Source: Candidatus Kerfeldbacteria bacterium RIFCSPLOWO2_02_FULL_42_19 (GTDB lineage Bacteria > Patescibacteriota > Patescibacteriia > HO2-48-17). Taken from it: 64,000 nt of DNA. The notes beneath the pieces are model-generated. The model searched no databases. It saw only the letters and a list, made by a program, of their open reading frames with translations, and had not been told where the DNA came from. The DNA lies in the NCBI GenBank assembly GCA_001818315.1, contig MHKF01000012.1, positions 23,976-87,975 of the forward strand, read 5' to 3'. Position 1 is the first letter of the stretch, and each line of letters starts with the position of its first letter. A program made the position numbers and the translations under genes. Positions 42,984 to 52,700 of this stretch are shown in pieces.

Positions 42984-45119
42984 TTAGCTTAACGCATGTT
43001 GTTCCGCGCTGATTATTTTCAGGAGATGCTGTGGAATATCGGCAAGAAATCGTGACGGTTCGTTCATTTGCGTTGCGCCGTAGATGGTTCGTTGCGCTGC
43101 GTAGGAAATATACAATTCCGTTTTGGCGCGTGTGATCGCAACATAACATAGGCGTCGTTCTTCTTCCATTTCTTCTGGTGTCCAGAGACTGCGCGCGTGC
43201 GGAAACAGTCCCTCTTCCATTCCTACAAGAAAGACCGTCGGAAACTCTAATCCCTTCGCTGCATGAACCGTCATCATCGTGACTGCATTCGCCGCATTGT
43301 CGTATGTATCTATATCGCTTATAAGACTTGCTTCCTCTAAAAAGGCCACGATCGTTTCCTCGCCTTTTTTATTTTGGAATTTGCGCATCACAGTTTTGAG
43401 TTCCTGAATATTTTCCCACCTCGCTTCACCTTCTTGTGTTCCGTCGAGTAAGGCGTCTTTGTAACCAGTTTTTTTCACGAGCAGATCGAGTATCTCAATA
43501 GGCGGTAGGTTTATGGCATCCTGTTTGATACTTTCGAAATTCTGTGCAAATTGTTTGAGCGCCAGAGTTTGCTTTGTTGGAATTTCAGGAGCCATCTCTT
43601 GGATGATTTCAAAAAAGTTTTTATGATGTTCGCGCGCGTATTGCTCGACCTTCAGCCACGAGCGTTTGCCTATCCCTCGCGGCGGTTCATTGATAATACG
43701 TTCCAAACTGACCCAATCATCCGCATTCACCAGCACACGCAGATAGGCGAGCACGTCTTTAATTTCCTTGCGTTCGTAAAATTGAATCCCACCGACGATC
43801 GTGTAGGGGACTCCATATTGCAGAAACGCTTCTTCAAAAACACGCGATTGCGCGTTGGTGCGAAAAAGAATCACATACCGAGAAAAATCCTTTCGTTTAT
43901 TATTATGTCGGATCGTTTGTTCTAAGAGTTGCTGCGATCGTTCTTTTTGAAACGAGCGCGCTGCCATAATTTTTTCCAAGACACTATGACTTTTTTGTGT
44001 CTCAGTATCTACCGGTTCATACACAAGCTCATCCGTTGTTTTGTTTTTGAATTCTGCATTGTGAGTGTTAACGTTCTCTGTGAAAGAGGCGTGATTGAGC
44101 GGAAGGTCAAAAATAGTGCGTACAATATATTCAGCCTCATCACGCTCGTCCATCGCTTGGTAGATCATAACCCTCGCGCCTTGTTTATTTTTTGTCCAAA
44201 GTTTTTTATCTTTTTGTTTCTGCTTGAGTCGAATCATGTGGTTACTAACCTCGACAATGTTCGCGGTGGAACGATAATTCTCTTCAAGCATGATGATTTT
44301 GGCTTCCGGATAGTCCTGTTCGAAATTGAGAATATTTTGGATATTAGCACCCCGGAAGGAATATATAGATTGCCAGTCATCGCCAACGCAGCAAATGTTT
44401 CGCTGTTTTTCGGCAAGCATTTTTAAGAGGATGTATTGCACTTCATTCGTGTCCTGATATTCGTCAACAAGAAGGTATGGAAATGCACGTTGGTATTTTG
44501 TAAGAATATTCGGGTGTGTTTTCCAGAGCTCCACGGTTTTCAAGAGCAAATCATCGAAATCAAGGGCGTTGTGTTCGTGTAACGCTTTTTGGTATGCATC
44601 ATAAATTTTTGCCGTGAGTTCTTCTTTGAAATTCTGTGCGCTTTCGCCGAACATTTCTGGAGAGAGCATAGTATTTTTTGCTCGTGAGAGAATGCGTTGA
44701 ACACTCGAGGGTGCTATTGTTTTCGTGTCGATCCTTATATCTTTCATGACTTTTCTGATGAGTTGCTGAGAATCGTTCGTATCGAAGATGGTGAAATTTT
44801 TTTTGAAACCTAAGTTTTCAATCTCTCGGCGTAGTATTTGTACACAGAAGGCGTGGAATGTGCCCATAATGGGCGTGATAGTTCTCTGGTGCGCAAGGAG
44901 TTTCATAGCGCGTGTTTTCATTTCTTGCGCCGCTTTGTTCGTAAATGTGAGCGCAACAATATTCTGCGGCTGAATGCCTTCTAAAATCATATAGGCTATG
45001 CGATAGGTGAGTGTCATTGTTTTACCTGAACCGGCGCCAGCGATAATTAAAACAGGACCATGAATAGTCTGTGCTGCCTTTTGTTGCTCTGGATTGAGTG
45101 CTTTGAGTATAGGATGCAT
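42984..45119 (-). CDS. pcrA: ATP-dependent DNA helicase PcrA/UvrD
   Basis: AGAGSGKT, VDEYQD, VGDDWQSIY, MTVHAAKGLEF, YVAITRA. Confidence 0.95.
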   Translation of the reverse strand: MHPILKALNPEQQKAAQTIHGPVLIIAGAGSGKTMTLTYRIAYMILEGIQPQNIVALTFTNKAAQEMKTRAMKLLAHQRTITPIMGTFHAFCVQILRREIENLGFKKNFTIFDTNDSQQLIRKVMKDIRIDTKTIAPSSVQRILSRAKNTMLSPEMFGESAQNFKEELTAKIYDAYQKALHEHNALDFDDLLLKTVELWKTHPNILTKYQRAFPYLLVDEYQDTNEVQYILLKMLAEKQRNICCVGDDWQSIYSFRGANIQNILNFEQDYPEAKIIMLEENYRSTANIVEVSNHMIRLKQKQKDKKLWTKNKQGARVMIYQAMDERDEAEYIVRTIFDLPLNHASFTENVNTHNAEFKNKTTDELVYEPVDTETQKSHSVLEKIMAARSFQKERSQQLLEQTIRHNNKRKDFSRYVILFRTNAQSRVFEEAFLQYGVPYTIVGGIQFYERKEIKDVLAYLRVLVNADDWVSLERIINEPPRGIGKRSWLKVEQYAREHHKNFFEIIQEMAPEIPTKQTLALKQFAQNFESIKQDAINLPPIEILDLLVKKTGYKDALLDGTQEGEARWENIQELKTVMRKFQNKKGEETIVAFLEEASLISDIDTYDNAANAVTMMTVHAAKGLEFPTVFLVGMEEGLFPHARSLWTPEEMEEERRLCYVAITRAKTELYISYAAQRTIYGATQMNEPSRFLADIPQHLLKIISAEQHALS

Positions 45120-45149
45120 ATGATGTACTGTAGCAAAGCTGTACGAAAT

Positions 45150-45178
45150 TTGACAAATTTTTATAAAAATGGTAACTT
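45150..45178 (+). promoter_or_regulatory. Promoter upstream of secG
   Basis: TTGACA-17 bp-TAACTT with TG extension. Confidence 0.55.
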
Positions 45179-45446
45179 GGATATATTGTTATTCGAGGAA
45201 GTATCTTTTTATCTTATTTTCGATTCATTTTTAGCTCATTTATTTCTTCGTCAGCACTGATCGGCCTGAGGAGAATGTGATCTCCTTCATTGATTTTCAA
45301 ACTTTTTCAAACTCCCAAACATTTTATTCTCAAAATTTTGAGACATTTCCATTCGAAATATTTTCATATTTTTTGCCTCCCGCACATTTTGTGATTTGCA
45401 GAGCCAATGTTTGGAACGGAAATGATAACAAAATAAATACGAATTC

Positions 45447-45662
45447 ATGCAATTTGTACTGAGTGTCGCGCAATTTATTGTGAGTTTACTTCTGATATTT
45501 GCTATTATTTTGCAGCAAAAGGGCGCAGGGCTGGGAAGTGCATTTGGGGGTGAGGGAAGCCTCTATAGCACAAGGAGGGGTCCAGAGCGTGCTTTGTTTC
45601 TTACAACGGTTGTACTCAGCATTCTTTTTGTTGGTCTCGCGGTTGCGTTGATCATCGTATAG
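45447..45662 (+). CDS. secG: Preprotein translocase subunit SecG
   Basis: Two TM helices around LQQKGAGLGSAFGG..TRRG. Confidence 0.92.
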   Translation: MQFVLSVAQFIVSLLLIFAIILQQKGAGLGSAFGGEGSLYSTRRGPERALFLTTVVLSILFVGLAVALIIV

Positions 45663-45699
45663 AGTTTTTATCTTTGAGTTTTGCACCCTGTAGAGTATT

Positions 45700-47511
45700 A
45701 TGAGATTTTCATTGTTCAAGTTATTTTCTGCTTTTAAGCAACGTAAAGAACTTCGGAAACATCGTGAAACCACAGATGTCAATAGAAAACTTGTGTTCGC
45801 CCAATCTCCACTGCGCATTCCTCGTTTTGCGCAGTTGAAGTATTTATTTGTTGTGTTTTCTCCTCGCGAACGACTCAGTTTTTTTCTGGCATTTTTCATA
45901 TTCGTGGCCGCACTGTTGGGAATAGGAACGCGATACTACTTACGAAACACTTTTGTCGTGCCTATAGCCGGTGGGGAGTATTCCGAAGCTCTTGTTGGAA
46001 AACCCGAATATGTGAATCCTATATTATCCCAAACGAGTGATGTAGATGCTGATATTACACGTCTCGTTTTCTCTAGTCTTTTTACTTTTGATGTGAACCA
46101 AAATCTTATTCCTGATCTTGTCAATACGTACGCCTTGAGTGAAGATCAACGCACATATACTTTTTATTTGCGACAGGATGCTACGTGGCATGACGGCGTA
46201 ACTTTGACTGCCGATGATGTCATCTTCACTATTTTGAGTATTCAGGATCCGGAATTTCAAAGTCCACTGTTACCGAGTCTTCGCGGCGTGCAAGTGAATA
46301 AGATTGATGATTTTACTTTTAATATGACACTTACGGAACCCTTCGCTCCATTTTTATCGGGGTTCACTTTTGGTATTCTTCCCGAACATTTGTGGTATGA
46401 TATTCCTCCAGCAAATGCACGTCTCGCGCAATTAAATCTGAAACCAATTGGGAGCGGTCTATTTCGCTTTGATACGCTTGTGAAAGACAAAGCTGGAGTT
46501 ATCACGTCGTATACTCTTGTGCGGAATGATTCGTATTACGGCCAAAAACCGTATTTAGAACGTGTGCATTTCGCTTTATTTCCGGATATTTTTTCTGCAC
46601 TCGAAGCTATCCGCAAAAAAGAAGTTGACGGTTTGGGTTTTATTCCAAAATCAGAACGTAATATTCTGGTGAATAAAAATAAAAATTTGGAATTTTATTC
46701 TCTCCATCTTCCGCAATACTCCGCTGTCTTTTTTAATCAAAAGAATAGTCTGCTTGCCGACAAACAAATACGCAAAGCGCTTGTGTATGGATTTGATCGT
46801 GAGCGTATTATTCGTGAAGCATTAGTAGGTGATGGAGATGTGATTTATACTCCGATTCTGCCCGGTTACATTGGACATAATGCTGAAGTTGAAAAATACG
46901 GTTACGATCCTGAGAGAGCAAAAAAAATACTTGATGAGGCAGGTTGGGTATTTCTTGATGGAGATGCCGTGCGTCATAAGAATGGCAAGGAACTTGCGTT
47001 TGCAATTACGACGGTGGATCAACCAGAGTATGTTGCGACGGCGAATATTCTCAAGGAATCTTGGGAAAAACTTGCGATTCGTGTGGAACTGAATATCATC
47101 AGTCAGGCTGAGATGCAATCCAAAATTATTAAACCTCGTGCGTATGAAGCTCTTCTCTTTGGCGAAATTGTTGGTATTGATCCTGATCCCTATCCTTTCT
47201 GGCATTCTTCGCAAAGTAAACACCCTGGTCTCAATCTCGCAGTTTTCTTTAATAAAAATGTTGACAAGTTACTTGAAGAAGCGCGTAAGACTTCCGATGC
47301 TGAACAACGTCGACTGAAGTATTTGCATTTTCAAAATATCCTTGCTGACGAATTACCCGCAATCTTTCTTTACAATCCGTTTTATACCTATGCAGTGAGT
47401 CAGGACGTTCGGGGAGTTGCATCGCGTTATATCACTACACCATCTGATCGTTTTCGCGACATTGTTGAATGGTATCGCAAAACCGAAAGGCAATGGAAAA
47501 CTTCACCTTAA
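45700..47511 (+). CDS. Peptide ABC transporter substrate-binding protein (family 5)
   Basis: YTFYLR..WHDG..TADDVIFT, PIGSG, RKAL..DR motifs. Confidence 0.9.
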   Translation: MRFSLFKLFSAFKQRKELRKHRETTDVNRKLVFAQSPLRIPRFAQLKYLFVVFSPRERLSFFLAFFIFVAALLGIGTRYYLRNTFVVPIAGGEYSEALVGKPEYVNPILSQTSDVDADITRLVFSSLFTFDVNQNLIPDLVNTYALSEDQRTYTFYLRQDATWHDGVTLTADDVIFTILSIQDPEFQSPLLPSLRGVQVNKIDDFTFNMTLTEPFAPFLSGFTFGILPEHLWYDIPPANARLAQLNLKPIGSGLFRFDTLVKDKAGVITSYTLVRNDSYYGQKPYLERVHFALFPDIFSALEAIRKKEVDGLGFIPKSERNILVNKNKNLEFYSLHLPQYSAVFFNQKNSLLADKQIRKALVYGFDRERIIREALVGDGDVIYTPILPGYIGHNAEVEKYGYDPERAKKILDEAGWVFLDGDAVRHKNGKELAFAITTVDQPEYVATANILKESWEKLAIRVELNIISQAEMQSKIIKPRAYEALLFGEIVGIDPDPYPFWHSSQSKHPGLNLAVFFNKNVDKLLEEARKTSDAEQRRLKYLHFQNILADELPAIFLYNPFYTYAVSQDVRGVASRYITTPSDRFRDIVEWYRKTERQWKTSP

Positions 47512-47658
47512 ACGCATCAAATTTGTTTCGGTATCATTTTTGTTTCTGTCATCACCTCTAAGAGCGCGCTCGCGAATATCTCTCTTTAATACATCAACAT
47601 CAGCGTCCTTCATTTTCAATCTTCAACATTTTTTTCTCTTACATTTTATTATTTCACT

Positions 47659-49572
47659 ATGTCTGCACAATTTCTTCATTCTTCACAACGCCCTATGCTC
47701 CTTGATTTTTATTTGCCTGCGAGTAAACGTCCGACAGCGCCACTTATAACACCCTCACCAACTTCACTGGTAACACGCAGAACTTCACCTCCGCAACATG
47801 AACAGCAAACACATAGTTCAATTTCGCGACATCGCACGGCGCATGTTTCGCGTACAACGTACGCACCAACACATGTTCCATCGCCAGTTCTGCGATCTGT
47901 ACCGCATTCGAAAGATCGCTTACGTATTGTCGTTCTGGGTGGTGCAGAAGAGGTTGGTCGCAACTGTACGTTTTTGGAATACGGCGATGACATCATCATT
48001 ATCGACTTAGGACTTCAATTTCCAGAAGAAGAACATCCTGGCGTCGATTACATCGTTCCTAATATCAGTTATTTTAAAGGTAAGGAAAAGAATATTCGTG
48101 GTGTGATTATTACTCACGGTCACTATGATCATATTGGTGCGATTCCTCACTTAGTTCCAAGATTAGGTAATCCGCCACTCTATGGTACGAAACTCACTCT
48201 GGCTATTATCAAAAAGCGCCAAGAAGATTTTCCAGAATCTGGAAAATTGCATTTGCGTCTCATTGAAGAGGATACGGTACTCCGTTTGGGCAAATTCACG
48301 GTGCATTTTTATCGTGTGAATCACAATATTCCTGATTGCGTGAGTATTGTGATTGATACCCCTGAGGGTACTATTGTGCACACTGGCGATTTTAAATTCG
48401 ATTTTAATCCAGTGATGGATGCGCCGATAGATTTTATGCGCATTGCGCAATTCGGCGCACGAGGTGTTTTAGCATTACTTTCTGACAGCACGAATGTGTG
48501 GCTTCCTGGACACCAAATTTCCGAATCTTTGGTTGGTGATCAAATGCGTACGATATTTCAGAAAGCGCCCGGGCGTCTTATTATCGGTACATTTGCGTCA
48601 CTCTTGAGTCGTGTCCAGCAAGTCATTTGGCTTGCCGAAGAATTTGATCGGCGTGTTGTGATTGAGGGGTATAGTATGCGCACGAATGTGGAAATTGCGC
48701 TCAAATTTGGGTACCTCCAGGCGAAAGGGAATACCATTGTTTCTCCGGAGACTGCACTGAAATTGCCGAATAAAAAGTTGGTGATTATGTGTACTGGTGC
48801 TCAAGGAGAAGATAATGCCGCGTTGATGCGCATTGCCGCAAAAGAACATAAACGTTGGCAAATCGAACCAACGGATTCTATTATATTTTCTTCTTCAGTT
48901 ATTCCGGGTAACGAGCGTTCCGTGCAGCGGTTGCGTGATACGTTGGTTAAAGAAGGTGCTCTCGTATATCACAGTGATATGATGGATATTCATGCCGGCG
49001 GTCACATTAAAGCTGAGGATTTAAAACTTCTGATTCGTCTTTTGAAACCAAAATATCTTATTCCGTTAGAAGGGAATCATTTTATGTTACGCGCTGCCGG
49101 TGAGGTCGCGAAAAGCATTGGTTTTCAACAGGAGAATGTTCTGGTAACTTCAAATGGAGCAGTGATTGAAGCAAAAGACGGTCATGTTGTTTTGACTAAG
49201 GAAAAAGCTAATGCTGAGCATGTTTTTGTTGATGGCCTTGGTGTTGGAGATGTGAGTCATGTTGTACTGCGTGATCGCCAGATGATGGCTGCTGATGGTA
49301 TGGTTGTTATTATTGCGACCGTTAAATCTGACACCGGTGAGCTTGTTGGTTCGCCAGATATCATCTCACGCGGTTTTGTATATATGAAAGAGAGTAAACA
49401 GTTGATTGAAGACGTGCGGCTCAAAGTTAAAAATATTTTAAAAGATAAAAATCCGAAACTTGCTGCGAATGAGATGTATCTGAAGAATAAAATTCGCGAT
49501 GACGTCGGTCAATTTCTTTTTCAAAAGACTGAGCGTCGGCCTATGATACTGCCGGTATTATTGCAAGTCTAG
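47659..49572 (+). CDS. rnj: Ribonuclease J
   Basis: GGAEEVGRN, THGHYDHIGA, HTGDFK, TGAQGE, RRPMILP. Confidence 0.96.
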   Translation: MSAQFLHSSQRPMLLDFYLPASKRPTAPLITPSPTSLVTRRTSPPQHEQQTHSSISRHRTAHVSRTTYAPTHVPSPVLRSVPHSKDRLRIVVLGGAEEVGRNCTFLEYGDDIIIIDLGLQFPEEEHPGVDYIVPNISYFKGKEKNIRGVIITHGHYDHIGAIPHLVPRLGNPPLYGTKLTLAIIKKRQEDFPESGKLHLRLIEEDTVLRLGKFTVHFYRVNHNIPDCVSIVIDTPEGTIVHTGDFKFDFNPVMDAPIDFMRIAQFGARGVLALLSDSTNVWLPGHQISESLVGDQMRTIFQKAPGRLIIGTFASLLSRVQQVIWLAEEFDRRVVIEGYSMRTNVEIALKFGYLQAKGNTIVSPETALKLPNKKLVIMCTGAQGEDNAALMRIAAKEHKRWQIEPTDSIIFSSSVIPGNERSVQRLRDTLVKEGALVYHSDMMDIHAGGHIKAEDLKLLIRLLKPKYLIPLEGNHFMLRAAGEVAKSIGFQQENVLVTSNGAVIEAKDGHVVLTKEKANAEHVFVDGLGVGDVSHVVLRDRQMMAADGMVVIIATVKSDTGELVGSPDIISRGFVYMKESKQLIEDVRLKVKNILKDKNPKLAANEMYLKNKIRDDVGQFLFQKTERRPMILPVLLQV

Positions 49573-49604
49573 ATCGAGAGTTTGGTAATTTTTGTCTCGT
49601 ATAT

Positions 49605-49649
49605 TTATCCACAGTTTCTTTTGACTTGTTTTTTTGAGAGGGTTATACT
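49605..49649 (+). promoter_or_regulatory. DnaA-box-like site plus promoter of the large surface-protein gene
   Basis: TTATCCACA (49605-49613) followed by TTGACT-17 bp-TATACT. Confidence 0.6.
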
Positions 49650-49769
49650 GTAGTGAGTTGATTCTTGAGTGCCTTCATGCAAACAGGAGGTAAAAATCAA
49701 AAAAATATTTTTATCGATATCAACTGCGTAAATTTCGTACGCGCATTTTAATTATTTTATTTTTTTGTT

Positions 49770-52700
49770 ATGAGTATGCCTTTTCGTGCGTCGGGTAATG
49801 CCCGAGGTATCACTTTAGTACCTTCATTGCGTGCGACGATCGCTTTCCTTGCCGCGACGATCGTACTGTTTGCTATGTTTATCGTGCTGCTTTTTGCTTT
49901 TCCAGTTGATGCAGCGGGAAAAAATAAACCTACGCAGCCAATCGATGTCGCTGATAATGATAGTCGTATTGAAGACGTAACAGCCGTTGCTGCCGATACT
50001 ACACCGAGTGCAACCACCAGTTATACAGTTTCAATTCAGCTTACTGAGAGCATTCAACAAGGTGGCGAACTCCGTGTTGATTTTCAACTGACAGCCGGCT
50101 GTCCTCCACAAGCCGATTGGGCTACGCAGTGTCGTTTTGGTTTTACCGATGATGCTACTGTTTCCGGACTACCTGCCGGAGCCGTGTCAAATATTGCCGA
50201 CGTCAATGCTGATTCTTCACAGTTTGGTATTCGTGCAGAATCGGGAGCGATTGCGGCTGGCACGTTGGCTTTGACTGTTTCGGGTGTGAAAAATCCGAGC
50301 GCAGGAGGACTTGCGCGCGTGATGGTTGACAGTGTAGTACCTAGTGATGAACCGGATTGTCCATCTTCTGACGATAATGGCGATGACGATGGGGAGGAAG
50401 ATGAACATCAAGAATCAGAAGTGAATAAAGCTGATGATCAGGAAATGTGTTTTCCAGATATGACTGCTTCCGATCCTATCTATCTCGGCACTATGGCAGT
50501 TGTTGGTGCAGTAACATACAAAGGTGGAGATCTCGATGGTCAGCCAGTTTCTTATGGTTGGGTCAATGCCGGCACAAAGGATTTTTGGACAGGAAGTTCT
50601 ACAGATCGATTCGGAGCTTATGCGATTCCACTGCCGCTTCCGCAGGGGAAATATCAAATTCGTGCAGAAGTACCGATGGGCATCACCGGTTATATCCCAG
50701 CAGTCAAAGAAATTGAGTATAAAGGTACGACAATCACCCAGGATTTAACTCTTGGCATTGCAGTCAAAACTTTGAGTGGTACCGTTAAGTACGCTGATGG
50801 CAATGCAGTGGCTGATGCCTCGGTGTGGATTAATAGTCGTACTAATTTTATGGGTACTGGCGCAGAGGTGAATGAAAAAGGGGAATACAGTGCTTCTCTG
50901 GATTGTGGTGATTACGATATGAATTTGGGTCCAAAATGGGATCCTGAAACTAATCAACCTTCCAGTGTGGATTGGATGTATAATCAACCACCAAAGCAGG
51001 TTTCTTTTGCCTGCGATGGTCAACAGCAAACACAGACCGTCGATTTTACTGTGCAAAAGTCTGATTCAAAGGTCATTGGTACGCTTGTTGACAACAATGG
51101 CAAACCAGCTGATGGTCATGTCGAGCTTCGCACCAAGGAAGGGAGTGGAAACGGGAGTCACACCGATCAAAAAGGGAAGTTTTCCATTCCTATTACTGCC
51201 GGTACGTATGAAATGAATGTGTGGACACAACAGCAGGATTTATATTTTACAGGGCAAAAAGTTGAAGTTCCAACAGGTAAGACTGTGGATGTTGGGACGC
51301 TTCAGTTATCAAAACGCGATGCGCAAATCACTGGTACCGTCACAGACTCAAACGGTACTCCTTTGAGCGGAATGAATGTGAATGCGTGGATGCCGGGAGC
51401 TCAAGGTTGGTCAAATGCGCAGACCGATGACAAGGGTCAGTACACTCTCTATGTTTTCGTTGGTGAATGGGAAGTTGGAATTCACTCAGGAGAAGGTGAA
51501 GACAGTAGTGATCAAAATTACATTCAACCACAGAATCAACGTGTGAAGATTGAAAAGTCCGGGCAGACTGTTAGTGATATCAACTTTAAACTGGAGGCAG
51601 CGGATGCAACGATTGCAGTGCAGGTTGTGGATCAGGATAATAACACGATGAGTGATTTGTACGGATGGGCGTTCTGCCATCTTGAGGGTCAATTTGGACC
51701 AGGAAATGAATTTGGTGCTTCCGTGCAACGCGGTCAGGCCAGTATCCCTGTTCGCGGCGGAGAGACCTATGTTTGCGGTATGGGTTTTCCTCCGGAGATG
51801 CCATTTTCTTTAGAAGAAGAACAAAAAGTTCAGATTAACTCTGGCGAAAGTAAAGATGTCACGATGCGTTTGGTTGAGAATGATGCTGTTATTCATGTCA
51901 TTGTTAAAGATCAAGATGGTAAACAGTTGAAGAATGTGGAGGGATTTGTCTTTGCCTTTACCCCAGAAGGATTTAGTCATTTTGGTGAACCGTTGAAACC
52001 CGATGGTACAGCACATTTGACCGTGCGTGGGGGAAAGAAATACGTTGTTGGTTATGATTTCCGTGAAAATTCAGGATATCTCAATTCTCATCCCGACTTC
52101 AAACCCTTTGAGGTTCCTGAGGACTCTACGGTGACTCGTGTACTGACGGCTTATAAAGCAGACGCGAGTATTAGTGGTACAGTGACTGACCCGGATGGAA
52201 AACCAATGTTTGCATGGGTTGGTGCGAGTAACCGCGCTTCACTTGAAGACAAAGCGCAACTTGATACCGGTGTAGAAGGTGCACAAGTCATTGACACCGG
52301 CACTCAAACCGGTCCAGATGGAAAATATAAACTTCTCCTTGTTTCTGGTGAATTCGAAGTTTTTGCCGGTGGAGAATTTGGTGGGAAAAAAGATTTACTC
52401 CCTCCACAACTTTCAAGCGTTACGGTGAAAACTGGTGATGCACTGACATTGGACATGCAATTTCGTTCAGCCGATGCAACTGTCTCTGGTGCTGTGACGT
52501 ATGCTGATTCCGGTAAAACTGTTCCGATTGGTTTCTGCTGGGCATGGTCAGATGAGCAAGGATTTTCCGGGAATATGTTGAGCAATGGAAAATACACTAT
52601 CCCGCTTGTGGAGGGCACCTGGTTTGTGGGTTGTGATTCCTTTAATCCAAACAAAGGTGAAGGAGAGTTTTATCGCGCACAAGAAGCGATAGTGACAGTG

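Noticed and set aside
49605-49613. DnaA box as replication origin
   Set aside because: Single box, no cluster, no dnaA/dnaN nearby
49685-49731. AGGAGG followed by ATC-KKIFLSISTA* as a decayed signal-peptide gene
   Set aside because: No valid start codon and too short to distinguish from chance
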